This document shows, in pieces, positions 32,660 to 42,010 of a stretch of DNA of 64,000 nucleotides. A program made the position numbers and the translations under genes. Location: the NCBI GenBank assembly GCA_963720985.1, contig CAVRHL010000001.1, positions 166,994-230,993 on the forward strand. Reading direction: 5' to 3'. The stretch is from an uncultured Alphaproteobacteria bacterium (lineage in GTDB: Bacteria; Pseudomonadota; Alphaproteobacteria; Rhizobiales; Xanthobacteraceae). The notes under the pieces are model-generated. The model was given only the letters and a program-made list of their open reading frames with translations, had not been told where the DNA came from and made no database searches. The stretch's first letter is position 1; each line of letters opens with the position of its first letter.

Positions 32660-32956
32660 TTAGCGGCAGAACCAGCGCGGCCGACTCCAGCCGACGAAGT
32701 TGCCGTAGCCGTCGTACATGCGCCGGCGAGCCCAGTAGCCGTCGCAGGCGACCGGCGCGGGCGCGTCGTACTCATAGCCGTAGTAGCCCGGGTGACTGGC
32801 GATCGCCGAGCCGATGATGGCGCCGGCAGCGACACCGCCGAGGATACCCAATCCAACGCCGCAGCCATAGCAGCGGGCATCCGCCTGTTGCGGGGCAGCC
32901 AGGGTGCCGAGGCCGATGGTCGCAGCGGCCGCGAGAGCTAACATGGTCTTTTTCAT
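32660..32956 (-). CDS. Small secreted Gly/Tyr-rich protein with glycine-zipper-like segment
   Basis: GGAG RBS, signal peptide ending ADA, GILGGVAAGAIIG and a C-terminal Cys pair. Confidence 0.85.
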   Translation of the reverse strand: MKKTMLALAAAATIGLGTLAAPQQADARCYGCGVGLGILGGVAAGAIIGSAIASHPGYYGYEYDAPAPVACDGYWARRRMYDGYGNFVGWSRPRWFCR

Positions 32957-33086
32957 AGGTCTCCCTCCAGGGTCGGGGCCGGCCGGGGCCGACCGCCAAA
33001 CATTGAACTTAAAGCCTGTCCCGGTTCCTGCAAAACAGGCAGGCTGAAACTATGTCGGAATTTTGATGGATTAGGTTCACCCCCGT

Positions 33087-33129
33087 TTCGAAAAAGCCGG
33101 GAATTGCAGAAATTCCAGACTTTTTCGAA
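33087..33129. terminator. Imperfect hairpin with A/T tracts downstream of the 33160-33471 gene
   Basis: TTCGAAAAAG...GGAATT...AATTCC...CTTTTTCGAA. Confidence 0.5.
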
Positions 33130-33159
33130 TTCATTTCAGGCGCCGTTTCCGCGCTCCGT

Positions 33160-33471
33160 TCAGTCGCAGACCCACACGCGGCGCACGTGCCAGCCCCAGC
33201 CATCCCAGAATCGCTGACGCGTCCAGTAGCAGCCGGGGCCGCCGTAGTAGACCGGTCCTGGGGCATAATTGCCGGGGCCGTAATAGCCGCCGTAGTAGGG
33301 ACCGTTGACAGCCGCGCCGAGGATGGCGCCCGCGGCGAGACCGCCGATGATGCCGGCGGCAACTCCGCCTCCGTGATAGTGGGCTTGCGCCGGTTGCGGC
33401 GCAGCCAAGGTCGCGACCGCAAGGATTGTGGCCGTGCCGATTGCCGTCAGAGTGCTGGTCATCCTGGTCAT
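33160..33471 (-). CDS. Small secreted Gly/Tyr-rich protein, paralog of 32660-32956
   Basis: GGGAG RBS, signal peptide ending AQA, GIIGGLAAGAILG and CYWTRQRFWDG...VC. Confidence 0.85.
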   Translation of the reverse strand: MTRMTSTLTAIGTATILAVATLAAPQPAQAHYHGGGVAAGIIGGLAAGAILGAAVNGPYYGGYYGPGNYAPGPVYYGGPGCYWTRQRFWDGWGWHVRRVWVCD

Positions 33472-33685
33472 GACACGCTCCCTCGCTTCGCTCGCTGGGT
33501 CGTAGCGGTTAAACGAGCGACCCACATATTTCCTGCGGCGATGATCCGCAGCGATAACGTTTACGCGTCAGTGTTCCATTGTGCGCGTGAATGCCCGCTG
33601 AACGCGGCGTTCGGAAACGTTCGCCGAGCGCCTAACGGGCATTAAATCTTGGCAATGGTTGCGGCGGGATTGCGGCGCCGCGGTT

Positions 33686-34189
33686 TTACCGCCGGCGCAT
33701 TCGACGGGCGCGGCGCTTGGCGGAATTGCGCCGTGCGGCGGTTTTGCGTTTGGCGCCGCGGCGCCGCGTCGCTTTGCGCCGCCGCCGTTTGAGGATGCGG
33801 CGGCCGACATGGCGCAAGAACAGCTTCTCCAGCGGATAGCTCAGCCGCCGCACCGCCGCGGCCAGCGGCAGCCACTCGACTGCGACGATGTCCTTCATGA
33901 CGTCGCGGCTCGGGTGACGGTCCGCCTTCATGCGCCAGAATTGCACGACCTTGGGCCGGCCGCGCGCGCGATAGGTGATGGCGCCGAGAAATTCGAAGAC
34001 CTTGACGCGGTGGCCGGTTTCTTCGACCGCTTCGCGGCGGGCGCCGGCGGCGGGATTTTCATCGCGCTCGAGCTTGCCGCGCGGCAGCACCCAGGCGTCG
34101 TCCTTGCTGCGCTGGACAACGGCAATGCGAGGCTGCGCGCCGCCGCGCACCACGATGCCCCCTGCCGCGTGTATCGGATCGCGCGCCAT
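33686..34189 (-). CDS. NUDIX hydrolase with Arg/Lys-rich C-terminal tail
   Basis: AAGGIV, WVLPRGKLE and Nudix box ARREAVEETG. Confidence 0.88.
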   Translation of the reverse strand: MARDPIHAAGGIVVRGGAQPRIAVVQRSKDDAWVLPRGKLERDENPAAGARREAVEETGHRVKVFEFLGAITYRARGRPKVVQFWRMKADRHPSRDVMKDIVAVEWLPLAAAVRRLSYPLEKLFLRHVGRRILKRRRRKATRRRGAKRKTAARRNSAKRRARRMRRR

Positions 34190-34352
34190 GATTGCTCAGA
34201 CCGAATTGGCCAACTCTGATGTAAGCAAAAATGACCGGCACATGAAGTAAAATGCGCGCCCCAGGTGCGCGATTGTGCACAACGTGGCGCCGCCGACGGC
34301 TGTCATAAATCGGTCATGGGGGGTGCGGCGCGGGGGACGAACCGCATATTTT

Positions 34353-34377
34353 GTCCCTCTCCCGGAGGGAGAGGGAC
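34353..34377. repeat. REP-like palindrome
   Basis: GTCCCTCTCCC-GGA-GGGAGAGGGAC. Confidence 0.65.
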
Positions 34378-34400
34378 GCATTGGTCGGTCGGCGGGGCCG

Positions 34401-34654
34401 CTGCCTCCAGCCGGCTTCCCGGTCGCAGGCCTTGCGTTCGGCGACGTGGCTCTTTTCCCACTTCGTGATCGACTGGGTCTTGGTGTCGCTCATCATGCAG
34501 GTGCAATATTTCAGAACCACCTCGTGTGTCGCGCCACCCCAGTTGACGCATTGGTTGATCCACTTGACGTCGTCGGTGGTGGCGGCAAACCAAATGCGGC
34601 GTTTGCCCAACCCAAACCGGCGGCGAGGGTGAAAGCGAGCAGTACGGATTTTAT
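34401..34654 (-). pseudogene. Eroded gene for a small secreted Cys-containing protein
   Basis: AGGGA RBS followed by ATA instead of ATG. Signal peptide KSVLLAFTLAAGLGWANAAF, then an extra GGTTT shifts frame into AATTDDVKWINQC...KYCTCM...WEKSHVAERKACDREAGWR, with CAG where a stop is expected. Confidence 0.6.
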
Positions 34655-34932
34655 ACGGTTTTTCCCTGTAGAGCGCTTATTACTATCGAGGGATGGAGCC
34701 TGGCCGGCGCTGAGGCAAGGCCAAGGGTGAAGATTCCGAGCTCCGTCCGGCGGCCTTAGGCGGGATTTGAAGCTTGTTCACGATCATCGTCGGCCCCTGC
34801 CGACGGGCATCATGGGCGTAAAGAGAATTTTAATCGCGCTGCCTCAGCGTCGGCTGTTACTCGCATACGTACCGCTAGGGGCCGGCGTGGCGGCAAGGCA
34901 TTTGTCCGACCGGATCGCTTGGAGCAGCGGAA

Positions 34933-36690
34933 ATGAGTTTTGGTCCGTCGGCGCGCAAAATTGGCGGCCGCCTCATCCAATTCCGGTATCTTGCTTTCGC
35001 CTCCATCGGCATCGGCTGCGCTTTTCTTCTCGTCTCCTGGCGCTTTTCGGGGCCGGCCTACTTGGAGGACGAAATAGGTTATCTTGCCAATGCCGCGTTC
35101 TTTGCGGGTCATAGGATTGACGCGGCAAGCAGTTATCACGCCGGCTATTCGCTGCTGATTGCGCCCGCTTTTCTGTTATCCGATCCTGAGGGCGTCTGGA
35201 AAGGCGTGCTCACGATTAATGCGATCCTTTGGGCCGCAAGTTTCGTGATACTTCATTCAATTTTGCGCCGCCTGTTGCCAAACGCGAGTGGTTCGAGGCT
35301 GCTGACGGCCACTATCGTCTCGGCGCTGTACCCAACATGGATCGTGTCATCTGGTTACGCGCTCGCGACCACCGCATTTGTCGTCGTATTCCTGGCGAGC
35401 GTTCTTGCGCTTTTCCTTTGGGCACCGAAGCGCCCCTGGACGCTGACGCCGCACTCTGCGCTGGTCGGGTATCTCTATTGGGTGCATCCGACAGGAGCCG
35501 CAGCTGCGCTCTCGTCGCTGCTGGCAGTCTCGTTCGAAGCCTATCGCAGGCGCGACGCCAAATCGCTTTGCTGGCATGTCGTTCTGATCGCGGCGCTCAT
35601 CATAGGCTACAGTTGGGGCATCCAGGATTGGATCGCCAACTCACTGACTCCCCCCGGCTACACCCCGCATTTTCATTATCCAAGCCTCACTTCCGCGTTG
35701 CAAACGGTCCTCACCTGGCACGGTTCGGCCGTCTATGTAACGATACTGGCCGGTCAGTTCGCGTACTTCATTGTCGCCAGTTTCGGGATGGCGTTCGTCG
35801 GCATGATGTTCTGTGCTCATCAATTCATGAACGTTTCCGACCGCGACATGCACGACACTGTTTGTCGAAACGCGCGCACCGTCTATCTCTTTATCGGGGT
35901 GGCGCCTTTGTGCATCATGGCATTGGGCGCAATGTCATTTTTTCAATGGGATCATTTCGAAGGAGATTTCTGGATTTACGGCCGGTACCTGGAAGGGGTC
36001 ATATTGCCCTTGTTAGCAATCGGCTTGGCAGTCTTTCAAGCTAACACAAAGTTCGCCATTCTCTCGATTGTGGTCCTAGCGGCGGGCCTGCTGCTTGAGG
36101 CGATCGCGCCGTTGGGCGCCCAAGCCAACATCGTAAATACTGTTTCTTTTTGGCCGCAATACTTGGCTAAAGGCTACGGGTTTTTCGTTTGGATGCTGTT
36201 AGGCGCGATTGCCATCATGGCTACGGCCCGGTTTGGAAGGAAGCTCGCGATCGGTCTCATGACGATTGCGTTTCCCTTAAGCATCTACCACCAGGTCATA
36301 TGGCATGAGTGGATTCTGACCGATTTCAGTTCGCCGTCGTCGCTGGTCAAAATTATACGAAGCAACTTCACCTCCGGAACCTGCGCCGGAGTCGATCCGT
36401 CGCTCCCCCCAAGCGCGACATTATTCCAGACCGAGAGATACCATCTAAATTCATACTATTTGTTCAACTACGGGTATCGTCGAATGTCGCCCACCGAATG
36501 GATTGCGCAATGCGATGGCCCCTATTTGACCTATGACCCTTCAATCCTGCTCGCGAGCGGGCGCGCTCGATTGGTAGCGCGTGAAATTAGGTCGAGCCTC
36601 GTGCTTGTCCAAAAGTCGGACAGACCGGATCTACTAATTCCAAAGAATGCTGTGGCCGATATCGAACAGCGACTGCAGACGCTGCCTTGA
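34933..36690 (+). CDS. Polytopic membrane protein, GT-C-like glycosyltransferase candidate; atypical AT-richer codon usage
   Basis: 585 aa with EDEIGY after TM1, YHAGYSLL, about 12 TMs, YGRY and a soluble C-terminal domain. Confidence 0.65.
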   Translation: MSFGPSARKIGGRLIQFRYLAFASIGIGCAFLLVSWRFSGPAYLEDEIGYLANAAFFAGHRIDAASSYHAGYSLLIAPAFLLSDPEGVWKGVLTINAILWAASFVILHSILRRLLPNASGSRLLTATIVSALYPTWIVSSGYALATTAFVVVFLASVLALFLWAPKRPWTLTPHSALVGYLYWVHPTGAAAALSSLLAVSFEAYRRRDAKSLCWHVVLIAALIIGYSWGIQDWIANSLTPPGYTPHFHYPSLTSALQTVLTWHGSAVYVTILAGQFAYFIVASFGMAFVGMMFCAHQFMNVSDRDMHDTVCRNARTVYLFIGVAPLCIMALGAMSFFQWDHFEGDFWIYGRYLEGVILPLLAIGLAVFQANTKFAILSIVVLAAGLLLEAIAPLGAQANIVNTVSFWPQYLAKGYGFFVWMLLGAIAIMATARFGRKLAIGLMTIAFPLSIYHQVIWHEWILTDFSSPSSLVKIIRSNFTSGTCAGVDPSLPPSATLFQTERYHLNSYYLFNYGYRRMSPTEWIAQCDGPYLTYDPSILLASGRARLVAREIRSSLVLVQKSDRPDLLIPKNAVADIEQRLQTLP

Positions 36691-36780
36691 GTCATTAGGC
36701 GCAGGCCGCGCCACCGGAGCGAAACAGCGTACGGCCGTTCGCGTATCCTTGTTCTATTCGAGATCACGGCGTCGACGAGT

Positions 36781-38583
36781 TCAGCGTCGCACGCGATAGA
36801 TGATAAGGCCGGTGTCGTCGAGGCTGATCCGTTCCAGAAAGCTCGGGACGTTGCCGCGGCTCAACGCGGCTGCCAGGCCAGCAGGCGCGTCGGCGGCATA
36901 GTGGTAGCTTTCCGGTGCGCCCCGACAGAACACGACATAGGCAATGTCATGTGCGGTCATCAGCCTCTTGGCGTCGTCCAGTGCGCTCAAAAACATGTCC
37001 AACATGGCGAGGTTTCCGGCCTGATTGCGGTGATAGGGCGCCGCAAGCACGGCATCATCGGACTGCATCAAGATGAAGGGGCCGGAATCGATGACGGCCA
37101 GCACGCGTCCGCGCGGAAGCCGGGCGAGCGGCGCATAATCGCGAGCGCGTTGGCAGGTGCCGGTGGCGCCGGCGGAGATGATCCGCTGCTTGGTGACCGC
37201 GTCAGCGCCGACAGCACGGGCGACGCCGTTGCCAAGCGCCAGTAACGCAACCGGATTGAGCAACAACATGGCGATCAAAGCGGCGCGATGCATGCCGAAA
37301 TACGATGCGCGGCCTGCCCGCGCGGGCAACATCTGCAGCAGTGCCGCCGGGACGAGGGCGGCGCCCAGAGCATTGGCGCCGCTAGCGCCGCGTATTTGCC
37401 ACAGCGACACCAATAGAAACGCAGACTGCACGGCAGCACACGCAATCCAGTTCCAGCGACGTTGACCTCGCTCTGCCACACAGCGAGAGATGCCGAGCAT
37501 CACCGCAGCCAGCGGAATACCGAAATAGGCGGGGATCTCGTTCGGCAAGTCGCGCATCATCGAGGACAGGTCGCGCGCCTCCGACACCGACGACAGCCAC
37601 ATGCTGCTCAGGCGCGGGTCGAGTTGGGCGTAAGGGTCGGCAAGACATTGCGGGGCGCCGAGTCCGATCGCGCAAGCGAGCAGTGCAGCCAAACAGCTGG
37701 CAGCAGCCAAACGGCGGCCAATGGAATTCAACTGAGGCATCGCTGCAAGCGCGGCGAGGCCAAAACCGCCGAGGGAAAGGGCGCCGATCTGAGCGATCGA
37801 AATCGCGTCGCAATGAACGGTGAGATAGCCGGCCGGCGCCATCGTCGCGACGCCAAGGACGATCGCGCCTGCTGCCAGAGCGCAGGCATACGCGACGGTC
37901 GTGCGTGCGACCAGTTCGCCCGCTTTGACCCAGTGCAACGCGATAACGATGGCGAGCACGGCCACCGCCGGCGCCATTTCCTGACCGATGGCCACCGACA
38001 ACGCACAAAGAAAACCGGCGGCGGCGGCGTCGCGCGGGCGCACCGGCGTGCGCGCGAATAGCGCCAACAACCAGATCACCAGCACGATCTGCACGTTGTG
38101 GTGATGGATCGCGCCGGCGCGGAAATGCTGCAGTACCGGCGCCATCAGCGCGGCGAAAATCAGCGCTATCCGCGCCGCCGTTTCGCCGGCAAGATCGCGC
38201 GCCAGCCGCACGATCCCGGCGAAGTAGGCGAGCAACAGCGCCGTCGGCCAGATCGCGACGGCGATCCGTTCGGCGAGCGCGACCGGCAGCACCGCAGCCC
38301 CTGCCTTGATCAGCACGGCCAGCGGCAGGTCGATCAGGCGCGACCAATGCGTGACAACCCCGGTCGGAGGGTTCAAACGATACTGCGTCAGGTCGAACCA
38401 GCTTTGCCCGGCAAGAAAATCACGCACCTCGACCAGGCGCATGGCGTCGTCGGTCGACAGACTACCGGTTCCAAACGTGACAACGAGCGTTAGCGCTGCG
38501 ACCGCCCAAATCAGCAGCAGCAGAATTCGCGTCTCGGTTCGCGGATTCCAGGAGACTTCAGAATAAGTCGCTGACACGGTCAT
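36781..38583 (-). CDS. Polytopic membrane protein, GT-C/oligosaccharyltransferase-like
   Basis: STDDAMRL...HWSRLID loop after TM1, HHHNVQ, SVSEA and periplasmic C-terminal domain with APYHRN. Confidence 0.7.
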   Translation of the reverse strand: MTVSATYSEVSWNPRTETRILLLLIWAVAALTLVVTFGTGSLSTDDAMRLVEVRDFLAGQSWFDLTQYRLNPPTGVVTHWSRLIDLPLAVLIKAGAAVLPVALAERIAVAIWPTALLLAYFAGIVRLARDLAGETAARIALIFAALMAPVLQHFRAGAIHHHNVQIVLVIWLLALFARTPVRPRDAAAAGFLCALSVAIGQEMAPAVAVLAIVIALHWVKAGELVARTTVAYACALAAGAIVLGVATMAPAGYLTVHCDAISIAQIGALSLGGFGLAALAAMPQLNSIGRRLAAASCLAALLACAIGLGAPQCLADPYAQLDPRLSSMWLSSVSEARDLSSMMRDLPNEIPAYFGIPLAAVMLGISRCVAERGQRRWNWIACAAVQSAFLLVSLWQIRGASGANALGAALVPAALLQMLPARAGRASYFGMHRAALIAMLLLNPVALLALGNGVARAVGADAVTKQRIISAGATGTCQRARDYAPLARLPRGRVLAVIDSGPFILMQSDDAVLAAPYHRNQAGNLAMLDMFLSALDDAKRLMTAHDIAYVVFCRGAPESYHYAADAPAGLAAALSRGNVPSFLERISLDDTGLIIYRVRR

Positions 38584-38809
38584 CGCGCGCTTTCGCCATG
38601 GGCGGTGCACGGCGAAACTAGTGCGTCAGCGCTAAAAATCAGTGAAAGCCATTATCGCCACGAAGATGCTGTAAATGCCGCCATTCTTGGACCAATCGCC
38701 TGACCGCAGCGCGTCCTTGGCGGTTTCGCGGCAGGAAAGGCGCCCCCGTTGCGCCCAGCCGCCGGCTATGCGCTAAATTGCCGCAAAACCTCGCAACGGG
38801 AGAAACGCC

Positions 38810-39205
38810 ATGGCGAATTATACCTGGGATCACGTTCACCTGCGCACGCCGGATCCGGAGGCAATGGCGCAATGGTTCGAACGCACGCTTGGCGCGCAGG
38901 TGCTGCGCAGCACGCAGCAGGGCAAGCCGCGCATCGACCTGAAGCTTGGCGGCGCCAATATCTTCCTCGCCGAGGTCAAGCCGGGCGACGGCGTCAACGC
39001 CGCGCCGACGACGCCCTATCAGGGGCTGGATCATTTCGGCCTGACCGTCAGCGGCATCGACGCGGTCGCAGCAGATCTCAAGAAGAAGGGCGTCGAGTTC
39101 ACCAAGGAACCGCATTCGCCGCGTCCCGGCATCAAGATCTGCTTCATCCGCGGCCCGCAGGGCATCTCCATCGAGCTGTTGGACCGCGATCCGAAATACA
39201 CCTGA
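38810..39205 (+). CDS. VOC/glyoxalase-family protein
   Basis: WDHVHL, GLDHFG and FIRGPQGISIEL. Confidence 0.9.
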   Translation: MANYTWDHVHLRTPDPEAMAQWFERTLGAQVLRSTQQGKPRIDLKLGGANIFLAEVKPGDGVNAAPTTPYQGLDHFGLTVSGIDAVAADLKKKGVEFTKEPHSPRPGIKICFIRGPQGISIELLDRDPKYT

Positions 39206-39254
39206 GTGCACTGCCTAATAGAACAAGACTCAAACAGCTACTGGGGAGGATTTT

Positions 39255-40247
39255 GTGACGACAATCGGACGGCGGACTTTCATCAAAGGCGCGGGCGGTC
39301 TGGCGCTGGCGGGCGGCATGCTGCCGAAGCTTTCGGGGCCGGCCATCGCGCAAGCGGCGTGGCCGAACAAGCCGGTGCGCATCATTGTGCCGTTGGCGCC
39401 CGGCGGCGCCATCGATTTTGTCGCCCGGCAATGCGCGCAGGTGCTGTCGCAGACCTACAAGCAGCAGTTCTACGTCGAGAACAAAACCGGCGCCGGCGGC
39501 ACCCTCGGCATGGATGCCGCGATGAAGAGCGAGCCGGACGGCTATACGATCCTCATCACCAACGACAACGCGGCAAGCGCGCCGCACATCCTCAAGCTCA
39601 GCTACGATTACACCAAGGCGCTGGTGCCGATTATTCTGATCGCCACCCAGCCGCAGATCTTCGCCGCGCATCCCGATCTCGGCGTCAGCACGGTCGCGGA
39701 ATACGTCGCCAACGCCAAGAAGAACCCCGGTGTCGGCTTTGCTTCTTCCGGCGTCGGGTCCAATCAGCACGTCGTCGGACTGTGGTTCGCCAAGGAGGCC
39801 GCCATCAAGCTCGAGCACGTGCCGTATCGCGGCGCCGGGCAGGCGGTGACCGACTTGCTCGCCGGGCATGTGAAGTCGGCCTTCCTCGGGCCGACCTCGA
39901 TGATCCCGCACTGGAAGGCCGGCAAGCTCAAGTTCTTGGCGCAGACGTCGGCCAAGCGCGCGCCGACGCTGCCGGAAGTGCAGACCATGGAGGATGCCGG
40001 CTACAAGGGTCTGGTGCTGGAAGCCTGGTATGCCGCCTTTGCGCCGGTCGGCACACCGCCGGAACTCGTCAAGACGCTCAACGCGGCCATCGAGAAATCG
40101 ATGACCGACCAGAATTTGCAGGCGAACTTCGTCAAGGGGTCGCTGGAATCAGTCGGCGGCACGCCGGAGAAACTCGACAAGCTGGCCAAGGCGGATTCGA
40201 TCAAATACGAGCGGCTGGTGAGGGAACTGAATATCAGCGCGACGTAA
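39255..40247 (+). CDS. Tripartite tricarboxylate transporter substrate-binding protein (Bug/TctC family), Tat signal
   Basis: GRRTFIK, WPNKPVRIIVPLAPGG..D, VENKTGAGG and HVPYRGAG. Confidence 0.93.
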   Translation: MTTIGRRTFIKGAGGLALAGGMLPKLSGPAIAQAAWPNKPVRIIVPLAPGGAIDFVARQCAQVLSQTYKQQFYVENKTGAGGTLGMDAAMKSEPDGYTILITNDNAASAPHILKLSYDYTKALVPIILIATQPQIFAAHPDLGVSTVAEYVANAKKNPGVGFASSGVGSNQHVVGLWFAKEAAIKLEHVPYRGAGQAVTDLLAGHVKSAFLGPTSMIPHWKAGKLKFLAQTSAKRAPTLPEVQTMEDAGYKGLVLEAWYAAFAPVGTPPELVKTLNAAIEKSMTDQNLQANFVKGSLESVGGTPEKLDKLAKADSIKYERLVRELNISAT

Positions 40248-40289
40248 GCGCCGGTGCAGCGGCGCCGCGCCCATCCACGCGGCGCGCGG

Positions 40290-40535
40290 TCACTCCTTAT
40301 CCTTGATGCGGGTGTCCGGCCGGTCGCTGCCGCGCGCTGTTTCCGTGTGCCACTTGCCCTTCTCGTCTTCGTATTCGATTTCTTCGGTCTGGCCGGGGGT
40401 TCTTTGCTCCGCGGCGGCGGCCTGTGCGGCCTTGAGCGCTGCCGCATGGGTCGGGAACGGCTCGGAGAAGGCGCCGTCGACCTTGTAGGCCCAGCCGCCG
40501 TCGTGCTCGACGATCTCGTAAGTGACTTCGGACAT
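40290..40535 (-). CDS. Small acidic hypothetical protein (DUF2188-like)
   Basis: YEIVEHDGGWAYK, FSEPFPTH and IEYEDEKGKWHTE. Confidence 0.8.
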   Translation of the reverse strand: MSEVTYEIVEHDGGWAYKVDGAFSEPFPTHAAALKAAQAAAAEQRTPGQTEEIEYEDEKGKWHTETARGSDRPDTRIKDKE

Positions 40536-40630
40536 GGCGCACCTATCGCGATTCAGGGGTTCCAGGCGTCAGACTACCCGCAATAATGAACGATCGCACG
40601 GAAAGTTGCGACGCGCATGACCGCCGCGTT

Positions 40631-41023
40631 TCACAGACGCTGCTGTTTTTTCAGGCGATCGATGTAGGCCTCTACCTCCGGCGGCAGCGAGCGCAGGCCC
40701 GCCGGCGACGCGATCGGGAATGCTGACATTGGGCCCCCGACCATTTCGTTGACGAAGACGCGCAGCCGCGCGCCGAGCGCGATGCCCGCCACCACAAAGA
40801 TGACGCCTAGCGCGATCCAGGTCTGCGCCGGCGAGAGCCTGAATTGCGCGCTTAACAACCGCGCCAGTTGCGGCGCCAGCGCCACGACGATGCCCATCGC
40901 CGCCACATAGCCGAAAATGGTCGCGAGACTCCGCAACAGCCCGGTCATGAATCCCATGACCACGGCGAGGAACAGAAAGATATAGATGGCGGCGTCGAAG
41001 GTATTGATCGGCCAGGAGACCAT
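40631..41023 (-). pseudogene. cvpA: CvpA (colicin V production) family membrane protein with internal deletion
   Basis: INTFDAAIY...GFMTGLLRS N-terminus. The conserved DRVAG is in another frame and jumps straight to the C-terminal GLRSLPPEVEAYIDRLK; the helix after DRxxG is missing. Confidence 0.65.
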
Positions 41024-41082
41024 TGCGATTTGTTCCAAGCGGATTAGGCTTTGCGCAGGCGGCGAACGGAGAGGAGAGTACC

Positions 41083-41580
41083 ATGGCGTTCACGGTCTCG
41101 AGCAACAGCTTCAAGGACGGCGATTACCTGCCCAAGGACTTCATCCTGTCGGCCGATTTCGGCTTCGGCTGCGCCGGCGGCAACACTTCGCCGCATCTGA
41201 AGTGGTCCGGCGCGCCGGCCGGCACCAAGAGCTTCGCGGTGACCTGCTACGATCCCGACGCGCCGACCGGCTCGGGCTTCTGGCACTGGCTGGTGGTGAA
41301 TATCCCGCATGACGTCAGCGAGCTTGCCGCCGGCGCCGGCAGTGCGGGCGGCAAAATGCCGGCCGGCGCTTTGCAGACGCGCACCGATTTCGGCAAGCCC
41401 GGCTACGGCGGCCCATGCCCGCCGGAAGGCGACCACCCGCACCGCTATCTGTTCACGGTGTTCGCGGTGAACACCGACAAGCTGCCGGTCGCCGCCGACA
41501 CGGCCGCCGCGGTGGTCGGCTTCAACCTGCATTTCGCCACGCTGGCGAAAGCGGAAATCATGGGCCTGTTCAAGCGCTGA
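41083..41580 (+). CDS. YbhB/YbcL-family (PEBP, Raf kinase inhibitor-like) protein
   Basis: SPHLKW, YDPDAPTGSGFWHW, YGGPCPP and HRYLF. Confidence 0.93.
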   Translation: MAFTVSSNSFKDGDYLPKDFILSADFGFGCAGGNTSPHLKWSGAPAGTKSFAVTCYDPDAPTGSGFWHWLVVNIPHDVSELAAGAGSAGGKMPAGALQTRTDFGKPGYGGPCPPEGDHPHRYLFTVFAVNTDKLPVAADTAAAVVGFNLHFATLAKAEIMGLFKR

Positions 41581-41606
41581 GCGGCGCGAGCGCGTGAGGA
41601 AAAATC

Positions 41607-41834
41607 ATGGCACGAGGACCGATACCACCCGACGCGCGCAGCGCGGCCGAGAAAGCCTTCAAGGCGGTGACCACCAAGCCGGCCGATCTGCCGGCCAAGG
41701 CGGCGTCGATTCCCGGCGTCAAAGAGACGGTGTCGCTGCGCATCGACCGCGACGTCCTGGATTTTTTCCAGGAAGACGGCCCCGGCTGGCAGGACCGCAT
41801 CAACGCGGCGCTGCGCAAGGCGGCGGGCAAATAG
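41607..41834 (+). CDS. BrnA-antitoxin-family ribbon-helix-helix protein (no adjacent toxin)
   Basis: KETVSLRIDRDVLDFF...GPGWQDRINAALRK. Confidence 0.85.
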   Translation: MARGPIPPDARSAAEKAFKAVTTKPADLPAKAASIPGVKETVSLRIDRDVLDFFQEDGPGWQDRINAALRKAAGK

Positions 41835-41849
41835 CGTACCAGAAACGAA

Positions 41850-41872
41850 ATGCCCGGGACGAGCCCGGGCAT
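41850..41872 (+). terminator. Hairpin after the BrnA-like gene (resembles one arm of the 21902 element)
   Basis: ATGCCCGGG-ACGAG-CCCGGGCAT. Confidence 0.6.
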
Positions 41873-41987
41873 CTCAAACAATCGTGCGTTGTGCGACTAG
41901 CCGGCCGCGCGCAGGTCGGCCTGCGAGTTGGCGGCGGTGGTGCCGAGATCGATCCGGATCGCGCTCGCTATCGCTCCGCGCGGTCCA

Positions 41988-42010
41988 CCTTCTCCCACAA
42001 GGGGAGAAGG
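41988..42010. repeat. REP-like palindrome (single arm)
   Basis: CCTTCTCCC-ACAAG-GGGAGAAGG. Confidence 0.65.

Noticed and set aside
33006-33028. EcfG promoter for the 32660-32956 gene (minus-strand GGAAC...GTT)
   Set aside because: The spacer is about 2 nt shorter than consensus.
34700-38640. Prophage or integrative element
   Set aside because: No integrase, transposase, tRNA target or flanking att repeats seen.
39255-40247. Assigning this binding protein as the cognate TctC of tctBA at 52.5-54.5 kb
   Set aside because: It is 12 kb away, on the opposite strand and paired with a VOC gene; orphan Bug proteins are common.
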